A stretch of DNA of 64,000 nucleotides, taken from positions 24,141 through 88,140 of the forward strand of contig JAMXCZ010000001.1 of the NCBI GenBank assembly GCA_024542975.1, read 5' to 3'. Below, piece by piece: positions 40,249 through 50,235 of the stretch. The notes under the pieces were generated by a model, which searched no databases, was not told where the DNA came from, and worked only from the letters and a program-made list of their open reading frames with translations. How positions within the stretch are numbered: position 1 is the first letter of the stretch; the number at the start of each line of letters is the position of its first letter. The translations under genes were made by a program, and so were the position numbers. The DNA is from Candidatus Omnitrophota bacterium. Lineage in GTDB: Bacteria; Omnitrophota; Gorgyraeia; JABMRN01; RBG-13-46-9.

Positions 40249-41184
40249 TTATTGGACTGTGTTTGTCAAGTCTGCCTGGAAAAATCCGCCCGAGATATGC
40301 ACGCCTCCCGCCTCATCCACAATAATGCAGTCAACCATCGTCATTCTCTTCGCTGCTGCAATCGCCTCGCGTGGCTCATATACGTAGAAGGCCGTTGCCA
40401 GCGCATCCGCCGTCATGCAATTGCCCGTCACCACAGTTACGCTTTTGTAAATATCTCTTACGAGGAGCCCTGTCTTTGGATTTATTATGCGGGAAAATTT
40501 CTCCCCGCCCGTTTCGGTAAATCTTTCGTACCCGCCTGATGTGGCAATGCCTTTGTTGCGTACCGTTAAGATTTCAACAATTTTATTCGAATCTTTCGGG
40601 TCCCGGACACCCACTTTCCAGCCATTGCCGGCCGGCCCGTCCCCCATGCAATACATGTCCCCGCCGGCGTTAATCAAGGCATTGCGGACTCCGTATTTTT
40701 TTAAGGTCGCAATCCCTTCGTCCACGATAAAGCCCTTCGCAATACCGCCTAAATCAATGCTTACACCGGATTCGGTAAAATAAATGCGCTTCCTGTATTC
40801 ATCAAGCCTCCACTTGCCAGAGCCAAGGCTGACATCAAAGACGCCGGATGTCTGCGCATATAGCGCTTTGGATCTCTTCAATACGCGAAACATCTCATCC
40901 GAAATCCGCAGCTTGTCTTTTTTTCTCAATCTGTTTATCAAAGACAATTCGCTATCATCCGAAAAATAGTCGAATTTTCTTTCCAATTTTTTCATGCGCG
41001 AAATGACTTTTTCTACGAGGCGTTCCCTAAAAGCGCTTTCCAGTTCATCCACGATCTCGATCGACGCAAAGGTGTCCATAAGGAAAAAGTTCTTGGTATA
41101 AGGCGGGGCCTTGGCGCATCCGGAAATAAAAAGAAGGCTTGAAAGGATGGCGGGAATAAATTGGGCGATTTTAACCCTGGGCAT
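40249..41184 (-). CDS. apbE: FAD:protein FMN transferase (ApbE family) lipoprotein
   Basis: Lipobox FISGCAK; …DLGGIAKGFIVDEG… ApbE signature. Confidence 0.85.
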   Translation of the reverse strand: MPRVKIAQFIPAILSSLLFISGCAKAPPYTKNFFLMDTFASIEIVDELESAFRERLVEKVISRMKKLERKFDYFSDDSELSLINRLRKKDKLRISDEMFRVLKRSKALYAQTSGVFDVSLGSGKWRLDEYRKRIYFTESGVSIDLGGIAKGFIVDEGIATLKKYGVRNALINAGGDMYCMGDGPAGNGWKVGVRDPKDSNKIVEILTVRNKGIATSGGYERFTETGGEKFSRIINPKTGLLVRDIYKSVTVVTGNCMTADALATAFYVYEPREAIAAAKRMTMVDCIIVDEAGGVHISGGFFQADLTNTVQ

Positions 41185-41205
41185 TGTAGTTCCTGAAAGA
41201 TACGC

Positions 41206-42969
41206 CTAAAAGAGGCCTGTTATCTTTCCTTCTTCGTCAATATCAATTTTTGTCCCACGTGGGGTTTTGGGCAGGCCCGGTAAGATTTTTACATTACTTG
41301 AATAAGCCGTTATGTAGCCTGCGCCGCGCGAGATGTCAAGATCGTCCACCGGGAATTTAAAACCGTGCGGCCTCCCCTTCCTCTTCGGGTTATGCGACAG
41401 GGAAAGTTGGGTTTTTACCATGCATATCGGAAGGTTATCCAGCTTTAATTTTTTAAACATCATTGACTTTCTGTTCATCTCATCGGAAAACGTCACTTCC
41501 TTTGCGCCATAGATCGATTTTGCGATCCGCCTTACCTTGTCTTTTATGGGTATATCAAGCGGATAAAGAAAGCGGAAGGACGATTTTTTCTTACAGGCTT
41601 CCATTACGGCGAGAGCTAACGCCTGCGCCCCTTCCCCGCCTCTTGACCACGCCTCGCTTACCGCTACGCTGTCTATGTCCAGAGTTTCAACCCTGCGCTT
41701 TATGGCTGCAATCTCTTTCTCGGTATCCTCCTTGAAACGGTTTATGCATAACACGACCGGCACCATAAAAACACGTAAATTTTCGATCTGTTTTTCCAAA
41801 TTCGAAAAGCCTCTTTCTACGGCGGAAACATTCTCGCGGAAAATTTCCCGGGGTAGCGGCTTTCCGGCTGTAAGCTCAAAATCTCCACTGTGCATCTTAA
41901 GAGCGCGCACGGAAACTACGATTACCGCAGCATCCGGCTTTATGCCGCTTGCTCTGCACTTGATATTAAAAAATTTTTCGGCACCTATATCGGCCCCGTA
42001 TCCTGTCTCCGATATGGCATAATCAGAAAGCCCGAGCGCAATGCGGTCAGCGATAACCGAGCTTGTGCCGAGCGCTATATTCCCAAACGAACCCGCATGC
42101 ATGAAACAGGGGGTGCCTTCGCTTGTCTGGAGTATATTTGGCTTGATCGCGTCTTTGAGAAGTGCCGCCATGCCGCCGGCTATCTTGATCGACTCACTGG
42201 TAATCGGCTTTCCTTTTTTTGTGAAACCGAGGATCATCTCACCTATGCGCCTCCTCATATCCTTAAAACTTTCACTAAGGCCGAGAATAGCCATAAGCTC
42301 TCCTGCCGCCGCCTGTTCGAAACCGGTTTTTCGCGGATTTCCATCCGTCTTGCTACCGAGCCCTATCGATACTGTCCTCAAAAAACGATCGTTTATGTCC
42401 GTAGCCCTCTTGCACAAAATCGAATTGGCGTCTATGTCCAGAGGGTTCCCCTCGAATATCGAGCTATCGAGAAAAGCAGCGCACAGATTCTGCGCTGTGA
42501 GAACCGCGTGGTTATCTCCCGTAAGATGCAAGTTCGCGTCCTCCCTCGGAAAGACCTGCGCGCGCCCACCGCCTGTCCCGGGCCCCCTCATTCCAAAAAC
42601 CCCTCCCAGGGATGGCTGCACAATACAAGCAATAGCCCTTTTCTTAAGCCGCGTTAAGGCCATGGAAAGCCCTATCGCCGTTACGGTTTTTCCTTCCCCG
42701 TAAGGCGTGGGCGTAACCGAGGTTACAAGAATATACTTCCCTTTCTTTTTTGCCTTCAAAGACTTAAGTAGCTCAAGCGACAATTTAGCCTTATAAAGCC
42801 CGTATGGTTCCAGAAACTTCTTTCTTATGCCGACAGAACGCGCAACTTCCGCTATCGGCTTAAGGACTATCTTAGGCATCCGCACCTTTTTTATAACTAC
42901 CGGTACGGGTCTCTTAAGAGGTAATCTGCGCGCTTTTATCTTCTTTTTGAATAAAGATCGCTTTTTCAT
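41206..42969 (-). CDS. fhs: Formate--tetrahydrofolate ligase
   Basis: …PTPYGEGKTVTAIGL… P-loop and …GFTKKGKPITSESIKIAGGMAALLKDAIKPNILQTSEGTPCFMHAGSFGNIA…, FTHFS family. Possible alternative start at 42879 (MPKIVLKPIAE…); the first 30 codons are K/R-rich. Confidence 0.93.
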   Translation of the reverse strand: MKKRSLFKKKIKARRLPLKRPVPVVIKKVRMPKIVLKPIAEVARSVGIRKKFLEPYGLYKAKLSLELLKSLKAKKKGKYILVTSVTPTPYGEGKTVTAIGLSMALTRLKKRAIACIVQPSLGGVFGMRGPGTGGGRAQVFPREDANLHLTGDNHAVLTAQNLCAAFLDSSIFEGNPLDIDANSILCKRATDINDRFLRTVSIGLGSKTDGNPRKTGFEQAAAGELMAILGLSESFKDMRRRIGEMILGFTKKGKPITSESIKIAGGMAALLKDAIKPNILQTSEGTPCFMHAGSFGNIALGTSSVIADRIALGLSDYAISETGYGADIGAEKFFNIKCRASGIKPDAAVIVVSVRALKMHSGDFELTAGKPLPREIFRENVSAVERGFSNLEKQIENLRVFMVPVVLCINRFKEDTEKEIAAIKRRVETLDIDSVAVSEAWSRGGEGAQALALAVMEACKKKSSFRFLYPLDIPIKDKVRRIAKSIYGAKEVTFSDEMNRKSMMFKKLKLDNLPICMVKTQLSLSHNPKRKGRPHGFKFPVDDLDISRGAGYITAYSSNVKILPGLPKTPRGTKIDIDEEGKITGLF

Positions 42970-43065
42970 TCGGCCTCACTTTCATGTATAGCCTATGATT
43001 ATAGTAAATATATCTGCCCTTGTCAATAGAATACGGGGACGTTTCATACAGATTGACGGAAAAAT

Positions 43066-43695
43066 CTAAGATTTTTCCGTCTTTAATAAATGAAACGTCC
43101 CCTCCGAGTAGAACTTCACCGGGCGGAAGGATCTGCGGTGGATTGGGCAGGGCCCGTATTCGTCTATCCGCGCCATGTGCTCTTTTGTGCCATAGCCCTT
43201 GTGTTTTGCAAAGTTATACCGTGGAAATTTTTTGTGCAGGCGCTCCATCATCCTATCTCTTGTTACTTTCGCGACTATTGACGCGCATGCTATCGAAAGG
43301 CTTTTTGAGTCGCCTCTTATTATATGTGAACACCTGAAACGTGTTGTGAATTTTATTTTCCCGTCTACAAGCAAAAAGTCGGGCTTTATGGCGAGATTAC
43401 CTACCGCCTCCTGCATAGCGCGCTTTGTGGCGTTATAGATGTTGATCTCATCTATTGTGCGCTCGCTTATTGTCCCGATTCCAAAATGCGCTTTTCTTAT
43501 GATTTCCCTATATGCGAGAAGGCGTGCTCGGGGGGTGAGTTTTTTGGAGTCGTCTATCCTGTTTTTGAAGCGCGTATCACGCAGAACGAGCGCGCAGGCT
43601 ACGACCGGACCCGCAAGAGGGCCGCGGCCGGCTTCGTCAACACCCGCGATATGTCTGTAACCTACCCTACGAGCCTTCCGCTCGTGGAGCAGCAT
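43066..43695 (-). CDS. rnhB: Ribonuclease HII
   Basis: …[27 protein letters not shown]…, RNase HII catalytic motif. Confidence 0.9.
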   Translation of the reverse strand: MLLHERKARRVGYRHIAGVDEAGRGPLAGPVVACALVLRDTRFKNRIDDSKKLTPRARLLAYREIIRKAHFGIGTISERTIDEINIYNATKRAMQEAVGNLAIKPDFLLVDGKIKFTTRFRCSHIIRGDSKSLSIACASIVAKVTRDRMMERLHKKFPRYNFAKHKGYGTKEHMARIDEYGPCPIHRRSFRPVKFYSEGTFHLLKTEKS

Positions 43696-44062
43696 CCGGG
43701 CCGGATGAGGCCGTCTTGCTTTCGATTTTTTCCTCAACCTTCGATTTCTTACCTTTCTTTTCCCTAAGGTAATACAATTTGGCTCTTCGGACCTTACCCT
43801 TTTTCTTTACTACCACTTTTTCCACAAAAGGCGAGTGCAAAAGGAACGTCCTTTCGACGCCCTCCCCGTATGAGATCCTCCGGACCGTAAATGTAGAGCG
43901 AACACCGGAACCCTTCTTTCTTATGGCCACCCCTTCAAAAACCTGCGTCCTCGACTTCTCTCCCTCTTTTATCTTAACATGCACGAGGACCGTATCGCCG
44001 ATTTTAAATTCCGGAATTTCCTTCTTTAGATATTTTTCCTCAAAACGTTTTACCTTTTCCAT
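43667..44062 (-). CDS. rplS: 50S ribosomal protein L19 (Lys-rich C-terminal extension)
   Basis: [53 protein letters not shown]…, L19 family. Confidence 0.93.
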   Translation of the reverse strand: MEKVKRFEEKYLKKEIPEFKIGDTVLVHVKIKEGEKSRTQVFEGVAIRKKGSGVRSTFTVRRISYGEGVERTFLLHSPFVEKVVVKKKGKVRRAKLYYLREKKGKKSKVEEKIESKTASSGPDAAPRAEGS

Positions 44063-44082
44063 CGGTAAATCTCCTCTCTATT

Positions 44083-44805
44083 TCATTTTATCGAGTTATC
44101 AAACATTAAGTCGCGCCGTTTTTCTTTAGTCTTTTTCACGGCTTCTTTTTGGCGCCACGAGGCTATCTTCTTGTGGTTGCCGCTCAGTAAGACATCCGGA
44201 ACCCTGAGCCCCAGGAATGCACGAGGCCTTGTATAGTGGGGATATTCAAGCAAATTCTTTTCGAAAGACTCGCAATGCAATGAGCCCTCGTCCCCCAAAA
44301 CACCGGGGATCAATCTTACCACCGCGTCCAATACCGCCATTGCCGGTATCTCGCCCCCGGTCAGGATGTAATCACCTATCGAAACTTCATCGGTAATAAA
44401 TTCCCGCACCCTTTCGTCTATCCCCTCGTAATGGCCGCATATAAGTACAAGATGTCGTAGTTTCGAAAATCTCTTCGCGTTCCTCTGGTTGAAAGTATCG
44501 CCCTTTGGCGTGAGAAGAACCACGCGCGTACCTTTTGCGGCGCGCTTTTTGCTTCGGATATTTTTGAACTCGTTTTTGCCTAAAAGGCTTACGAGCGCTT
44601 TCTGTATGGGCTCGACAAGCATGACCATGCCGGAACCACCGCCGTAGGGCCTGTCATCCGCGGACCTATGCCTGTCGCTCGTCCATTGTCTTAAATTGTG
44701 AACCCCGATCTTTAGCTTGCTTTTCTTCTGCGCAATTTTGAGCATGGACTCGCCTAGTATATTCTCGAACATTTTTGGGAACAATGTCAGTATATCTACT
44801 TTCAT
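44083..44805 (-). CDS. trmD: tRNA (guanine37-N1)-methyltransferase
   Basis: [28 protein letters not shown]…[11 protein letters not shown]…, TrmD SPOUT family. Confidence 0.95.
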   Translation of the reverse strand: MKVDILTLFPKMFENILGESMLKIAQKKSKLKIGVHNLRQWTSDRHRSADDRPYGGGSGMVMLVEPIQKALVSLLGKNEFKNIRSKKRAAKGTRVVLLTPKGDTFNQRNAKRFSKLRHLVLICGHYEGIDERVREFITDEVSIGDYILTGGEIPAMAVLDAVVRLIPGVLGDEGSLHCESFEKNLLEYPHYTRPRAFLGLRVPDVLLSGNHKKIASWRQKEAVKKTKEKRRDLMFDNSIK

Positions 44806-44842
44806 GCCTTATATTTGGTGTTGATTCAAAGTCCGTCTGCTG

Positions 44843-45085
44843 TTAACGTATTCCCTGCTTCTTCATGAGGCTTTTTACCGTAACGGACGGCTTCGCCCCG
44901 TTTTTGAGCCAGTAAAGCGCCCTCTCTTTATCGATTTTTATGTCTGCCGGGTTTTTTTTCGGGTCGTAATAACCTATCTCTTCCAAAAACCGGCCGTCCC
45001 TCGGATTTGTGTGCTCCGTTGCAACGATGCGGTAGAAGGGTTTTTTGTTTGTTCCCATTCTTTTCAGCCTCAGCACTACTGCCAT
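44843..45085 (-). CDS. rpsP: 30S ribosomal protein S16
   Basis: [42 protein letters not shown]…, S16 family. Confidence 0.93.
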   Translation of the reverse strand: MAVVLRLKRMGTNKKPFYRIVATEHTNPRDGRFLEEIGYYDPKKNPADIKIDKERALYWLKNGAKPSVTVKSLMKKQGIR

Positions 45086-45098
45086 TTCATTTCCTCCT

Positions 45099-46367
45099 TT
45101 AGTCCTCTTTTTCTCTCCATACTTTTGCGCCTAACAGCGAAAGTTTTTTATCAATATTTTCATAGCCGCGGTCCAGGTGGTATATTCTGTGAATATTTGT
45201 TTTTCCTTTTGCTACAAGCCCCGCCAGCACCAAAGCGGCCGATGCCCTCAAATCCGAAGCCATAACATCTGCGCCGCTTAAGGTTTTTACACCGCGTATT
45301 ATGGCGTTTGGCCCTTCAAGCAAAATGCGGCTTCCCATCCTGCTAAGCTCGCTTACGTGTATGAACCTTTCGGGATAGATCTTTTCCGTTATCACACTGA
45401 TCCCGCGAGCGAGGCAGAGAACGCTCATCATCTGCGCCTGCATGTCCGTCGGGAAACCCGGATAAGGCAACGTCGCCAAAGCCGTCGGGCGTATCTTGCG
45501 CATCGTGGGCCTCGACACGATTATGCCGTCTGCGCGTTCTGCGACATTTATTCCGCATTCCCGCAGTTTGTCGATCACGGCCAAAAGGTGCGCGGGATTT
45601 GCGCCCTTGACGAGGACCTCACCACCTGTTATGGCGGCAGCCAGCATATATGTCCCGGCCTCTATGCGGTCAGGCACGACACTGTAGTTTACGCCACACA
45701 GCTTTTTTACGCCCTCTATTTTGATTGTGGGCGTAGAGTGTCCCGTGATCTTTGCGCCCATCGCAATCAAAAAATTCGCCAGGTCAACGACCTCAGGCTC
45801 GCACGCGGCGTTTTCAATGACTGTTACGCCTTCTGCAAGCGTCGCCGCTGTCATCGTATTTGCGGTAGCCAAAACGCTTGAGCCGAAATGTCCACCCAGG
45901 TAGATCTTGGCCCCTCTTAATTTTTTTGCCTTTGCAACGATATACCCGGATTTTATCTCGATCTTCGCCCCCAATTTTTCCAATCCCTTGAGGTGCAAAT
46001 CGATAGGGCGCGGCCCGATCACACATCCTCCGGGAAATGAAACCTCTGCATACTTGGCCCGGGCAAGCATCGGGCCTAACACACAAACCGATGCCCTCAT
46101 CGTACTTACAAGGTTGTACGGCGCGCGCGTTTTTTTGAAAGAGCCTGATATGGCGATGCTTCCCTTTTTACGCGCGACACCCGTCTCCAGGGCGCGCAAT
46201 ATCTTAATCATAGTATCGACATCCGTAAGAGACGGTACATTGTGCAAAACGCATCTCTCGTCCGTTAAGAGGGATGCCGCCATTATCGGCAGCGCCGCAT
46301 TTTTTGCGCCGCTTATTGTGACCTCGCCTCTAAGAGGATTCCCACCCTCTATGACCAGCTTATCCAT
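45099..46367 (-). CDS. murA: UDP-N-acetylglucosamine 1-carboxyvinyltransferase
   Basis: [34 protein letters not shown]…, EPT family. Cys-containing loop present. Confidence 0.95.
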   Translation of the reverse strand: MDKLVIEGGNPLRGEVTISGAKNAALPIMAASLLTDERCVLHNVPSLTDVDTMIKILRALETGVARKKGSIAISGSFKKTRAPYNLVSTMRASVCVLGPMLARAKYAEVSFPGGCVIGPRPIDLHLKGLEKLGAKIEIKSGYIVAKAKKLRGAKIYLGGHFGSSVLATANTMTAATLAEGVTVIENAACEPEVVDLANFLIAMGAKITGHSTPTIKIEGVKKLCGVNYSVVPDRIEAGTYMLAAAITGGEVLVKGANPAHLLAVIDKLRECGINVAERADGIIVSRPTMRKIRPTALATLPYPGFPTDMQAQMMSVLCLARGISVITEKIYPERFIHVSELSRMGSRILLEGPNAIIRGVKTLSGADVMASDLRASAALVLAGLVAKGKTNIHRIYHLDRGYENIDKKLSLLGAKVWREKED

Positions 46368-47013
46368 TTTTCCTCCCCTTCACGATCCTGTCTATTCCGG
46401 AATAGTCTTTGTAAATTTCGGCGTCCCCGAAAACACCTGAAGTCTCGAGCATTGCCTTTACGCATGACGCCTGATCATACCCCACTTCTGTGAGAAGAAC
46501 CGCCCCTCTCTTCATAAAAAAGTGCGCCTCGTTTACTATTCTCCGGTAGAAATCCATTCCATCTCTGCCGCCGTATAGCGCAACATACGGGTCTTCCTTT
46601 ACTGCTTCCGGAAGCGACGTGAAATCCGCAAGCGATATATACGGCGGATTCGAAATCACCAGGTCAAAGCTGAGCTCGGATCTCTGCCATAAATTTTCAA
46701 AAAGATCGCTTTTTACAAATTCGATCCTCTGTTCCATGCCATATCTGACCGCATTTTTTTTTGCAACCGAAAGAGCCATCTCTGAGATATCCAGAGCCAC
46801 TATTCTACTCGAGGGAATATAGTTTGTCAAACTTATTGCGATATTTCCGCACCCGGTGCCTATATCCAGTATTTCGCACCTCTCACCTTCCGGGATTTCC
46901 TTTGAAATAATAGATACCGCCTTTTCCACCAAAACCTCTGTTTCAAAACGCGGAAAAAGCGTCGTGTTTCCGGTTTCAAACTCAAAATCCATGAAATGAG
47001 CTACCTTTGCCAT
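46360..47013 (-). CDS. prmC: Release factor glutamine methyltransferase (PrmC/HemK, methyltransferase domain only)
   Basis: SAM-binding DIGTGCGNIAISL and NPPY motif. Downstream of prfA. Confidence 0.8.
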   Translation of the reverse strand: MAKVAHFMDFEFETGNTTLFPRFETEVLVEKAVSIISKEIPEGERCEILDIGTGCGNIAISLTNYIPSSRIVALDISEMALSVAKKNAVRYGMEQRIEFVKSDLFENLWQRSELSFDLVISNPPYISLADFTSLPEAVKEDPYVALYGGRDGMDFYRRIVNEAHFFMKRGAVLLTEVGYDQASCVKAMLETSGVFGDAEIYKDYSGIDRIVKGRKNG

Positions 47014-47046
47014 AGTATTTTCGGTTGTTAATCAGTTAATTCCGAC

Positions 47047-48111
47047 TTAGCTTTTTAGCTTCGAGCGCCTGTCGGCGTCCTTAAGCGCTTCCGCGATCTC
47101 ATCCATATCACCGTTTAAAACGCCTTCAAGATTATGTATCGTAAAACCTATCCTGTGATCCGTAACCCGATTGGCCGGAAAATTATACGTTCGTATTTTC
47201 TCGGACCTGTCGCCTGTTCCGACCTGTATCTTCCTGTTCTCGGATCTTTTTTTTCGGTGATCCTCTTCCATTTTGTCCAGGAGCCTGGCCCTCAAAACAC
47301 GCATAGCCTTTGTCTTATTCTTATGCTGCGAACGTTCGTCCTGGCAACTCACTACGAGCCCTGTCGGTAAATGAGTAATCCTTACTGCGGAGTCAGTAAC
47401 GTTTACGTGCTGCCCCCCCCTCCCGCCTGCCCTAAAAACATCGATTTTCAGGTCCTGTGGATTTATCTCGAGGTCTACGCTCTCGGCCTCGGGCAAAACT
47501 GCGACCGTCGCCGCCGAGGTGTGTATCCTGCCGCTCGCTTCGGTAAGGGGCACGCGCTGGACGCGGTGAGTACCGCTTTCGTATTTTAGCACCGCATATA
47601 CGCTTTCACCCGACACCGAAAAAATAATTTCTTTAAACCCGCCCTTCTCTGTCGTGCTTCTCGACATTATTTCAATCTTCCAGTTTTTCTTTACCGCATA
47701 TTTGGAATACATGCGGAAAAGGTCTTGCGCGAAAAGCGCCGCCTCGACGCCGCCGGTGCCCTGGCGTATTTCCATTATGATATCCTTGTCGGCGTGCTTG
47801 TCTTTTTCTTCCAAAAGCGCCTCAAGTTCGTTAATAAGGGCGCCTTTCTTTTCATTGAGGAGATGTAATTCCTCGCGCGCCAGTTTCAGGAACTCCTCTT
47901 CGTGATCTTTTTCTTTCGCTACGCTTTCGAGGGATGAGATCTCGCAGACAAGATGCCGGTATTCCTCATATTTTGAAACGGCCTTCTGGAGAGAGGCGAG
48001 CTCCTTGGCGTATTTTTTGTACTCCCCGCGATTTGCAATAACCTTCGGATCTGCGCAGAGCGCCTGAAGCGCCTGAAATCTTTTTAGTTTCTCTTCTAAT
48101 TGCTCAAGCAT
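47047..48111 (-). CDS. prfA: Peptide chain release factor 1
   Basis: …[25 protein letters not shown]… GGQ motif. PxT-type decoding region (RF1). Confidence 0.95.
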   Translation of the reverse strand: MLEQLEEKLKRFQALQALCADPKVIANRGEYKKYAKELASLQKAVSKYEEYRHLVCEISSLESVAKEKDHEEEFLKLAREELHLLNEKKGALINELEALLEEKDKHADKDIIMEIRQGTGGVEAALFAQDLFRMYSKYAVKKNWKIEIMSRSTTEKGGFKEIIFSVSGESVYAVLKYESGTHRVQRVPLTEASGRIHTSAATVAVLPEAESVDLEINPQDLKIDVFRAGGRGGQHVNVTDSAVRITHLPTGLVVSCQDERSQHKNKTKAMRVLRARLLDKMEEDHRKKRSENRKIQVGTGDRSEKIRTYNFPANRVTDHRIGFTIHNLEGVLNGDMDEIAEALKDADRRSKLKS

Positions 48112-48379
48112 TTTTGTTCATTTTATCCGTATCCGTATTTTCTTCCGGTTTTACCGCTGTCTTTTTTGGCTTAGGTTTTTGCCTCTTCTCGTATCTCTTC
48201 ATGAATTTGTCCACCCTTCCAGCCGAATCAACAAGTTTTTGCTTGCCGGTGAAAAAGGGATGACACTGCGAACATATCTCAACGTGTATGTTCTGTTTGG
48301 TGCTCCGCGTATTTATCACCGCTCCGCAGGCGCAGACTATCGTAGAGTCCTTATATTCCGGATGTATCTTATCCTTCAT
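48104..48379 (-). CDS. rpmE: 50S ribosomal protein L31 (zinc-binding, extended Lys-rich C-terminus)
   Basis: [48 protein letters not shown]…, L31 family. Confidence 0.9.
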   Translation of the reverse strand: MKDKIHPEYKDSTIVCACGAVINTRSTKQNIHVEICSQCHPFFTGKQKLVDSAGRVDKFMKRYEKRQKPKPKKTAVKPEENTDTDKMNKNA

Positions 48380-48391
48380 CGCTTCCTCCTA

Positions 48392-49678
48392 TTATTGCTG
48401 GTTTAGTGCCTTCAAAAAATCTTTGTTTGACTTTGTCTTTTTTAGTTTTCCGATCAAAAGCTCCATCGCTTCTACGGAATTCAGGTCGCTCAGGGCTTTT
48501 CTCATAAGCCATATCTTCTGCAATTCATCGTTTCCTACAAGCAGCTCTTCTTTGCGCGTATTGGACTTTTTAATATCGATCGCAGGGTAGACCCTTCGTT
48601 GGAAAAGAGTCCGGTCAAGCTGAAGTTCCATGTTGCCTGTCCCTTTAAATTCCTCGAATATGACTTCATCCATCCGAGAGCCGGTATCTACCAGAGCCGT
48701 AGCCATTATCGTAAGAGATCCACCCTCCTCGATATTACGCGCAGCTCCGAAAAACCTTTTTGGCTTGTGAAGAGCATTCGAATCCACGCCTCCGGAAAGG
48801 ATCTTGCCGGAATGCGGCATAACCGCATTATAGGCGCGCGCGAGGCGCGTTATGGAGTCTAAGAGGATCACAACATCCCTTTTGTGCTCCACCAGCTTTT
48901 TCGCCTTCTCCAGAACCATCTCCGCTACCTGTATGTGCCGCTCCCCGGGCTCATCGAAAGTGGAACTTACAACCTCGCCTTTTACGGACCTGATCATGTC
49001 GGTAACTTCTTCGGGGCGCTCGTCTATCAACAGTACCATCAGAACCGCATCCGGGTAGTTTGTAGTAATGCTGTTTGCGATTTTCTGCAAGAGTACCGTT
49101 TTCCCACTATAGGGCGAGGCTACGATCATCCCGCGCTGCCCTTTTCCTATCGGCGTAAGGAGGTCCATGACTCTCATCGAGACCTCATCCGGTTTTGTCT
49201 CAAGAACAAATCGTTCGTTGGGATAAAGCGGGGTGAGGTTATCAAAAAGTATTTTGTCCTTCCCGCCCTCCGGATTTTCGAAATTTACCGCTTCAACTTT
49301 CAGTAGGGCAAAATATCTTTCCCCTTCTTTCGGAGGCCTAATCTGACCGCTTACGGTATCCCCTGTCTTTAGGTCGAATTTTCTAATTTGAGATGGTGAG
49401 ACGTAGATATCGTCAGGGCACGGCAGGTAATTATAATCCGGGCTTCTGAGAAATCCAAAACCGTCCTGGAGGATTTCCAGCACGCCTTCCCCAAAAATAA
49501 GTCCTTCTTTTTCGGTTTTCGCCTGTAGGACCTTAAATATAAGATCCTGTTTCCTGAGGCCGGCTATACTGTTAATCTTCATGCCTTTGGCGACTTTATT
49601 TAACGCAGTCATGCTCATCTCTTTCAGGCTCTCAATGTTAATATTATCCACTGCTACCTCCTTGTTATTTCTTGCCAT
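48392..49678 (-). CDS. rho: Transcription termination factor Rho
   Basis: N-terminal …[17 protein letters not shown]… (CSD), Walker A …[21 protein letters not shown]…, Q- and R-loops. Confidence 0.95.
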   Translation of the reverse strand: MARNNKEVAVDNINIESLKEMSMTALNKVAKGMKINSIAGLRKQDLIFKVLQAKTEKEGLIFGEGVLEILQDGFGFLRSPDYNYLPCPDDIYVSPSQIRKFDLKTGDTVSGQIRPPKEGERYFALLKVEAVNFENPEGGKDKILFDNLTPLYPNERFVLETKPDEVSMRVMDLLTPIGKGQRGMIVASPYSGKTVLLQKIANSITTNYPDAVLMVLLIDERPEEVTDMIRSVKGEVVSSTFDEPGERHIQVAEMVLEKAKKLVEHKRDVVILLDSITRLARAYNAVMPHSGKILSGGVDSNALHKPKRFFGAARNIEEGGSLTIMATALVDTGSRMDEVIFEEFKGTGNMELQLDRTLFQRRVYPAIDIKKSNTRKEELLVGNDELQKIWLMRKALSDLNSVEAMELLIGKLKKTKSNKDFLKALNQQ

Positions 49679-50235
49679 ATTTTAACCACGGCCTTACGCG
49701 TGTTTTCTCTCGACTTATCGTTATTGATCACAAAATCGGCGTATTTTACTTTTTCCCGAAGCGGCATTTGCGCGGCCTGCCTTTTAATGGCCTCGCGTGG
49801 GGTAAGCCCCCGGGCCATCCCCCGCCGGATCCATTTTTGCCGCTTCGCGCGGACTACTACGACTGCGTCGACCGCCCTATGCAGGCCCACTTCTATGAGA
49901 AGCGGCGCATCTATGACAGTAACGGCTCTTTTGGATTTTCCGGATTCATCTTTTATTTTTTTTATTACCTTTGGATGGATTATGCGGCACAATTTCTGAA
50001 GTGCCCTTTTATTTGCAAATACGGCTCCCGCCAGTTTTTTCCTGCTTATTACCCCTTGCGTAAAAACTTTTTTCCCGAAATTATTACGAATAGCTTTTTT
50101 GATTTCCGCGTCCTTTTTATATAAGTCGCGCACAAGCTTGTCAGCGTCAATAACACGGGCACCCAAATCTTTGAAAAAGGACGCAACGGTTGATTTACCC
50201 GCACAAAGGCCGCCCGTTATGCCGATCCGTTTCAT
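49654..50235 (-). CDS. coaE: Dephospho-CoA kinase
   Basis: [16 protein letters not shown]… P-loop, CoaE family. Confidence 0.9.
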   Translation of the reverse strand: MKRIGITGGLCAGKSTVASFFKDLGARVIDADKLVRDLYKKDAEIKKAIRNNFGKKVFTQGVISRKKLAGAVFANKRALQKLCRIIHPKVIKKIKDESGKSKRAVTVIDAPLLIEVGLHRAVDAVVVVRAKRQKWIRRGMARGLTPREAIKRQAAQMPLREKVKYADFVINNDKSRENTRKAVVKIWQEITRR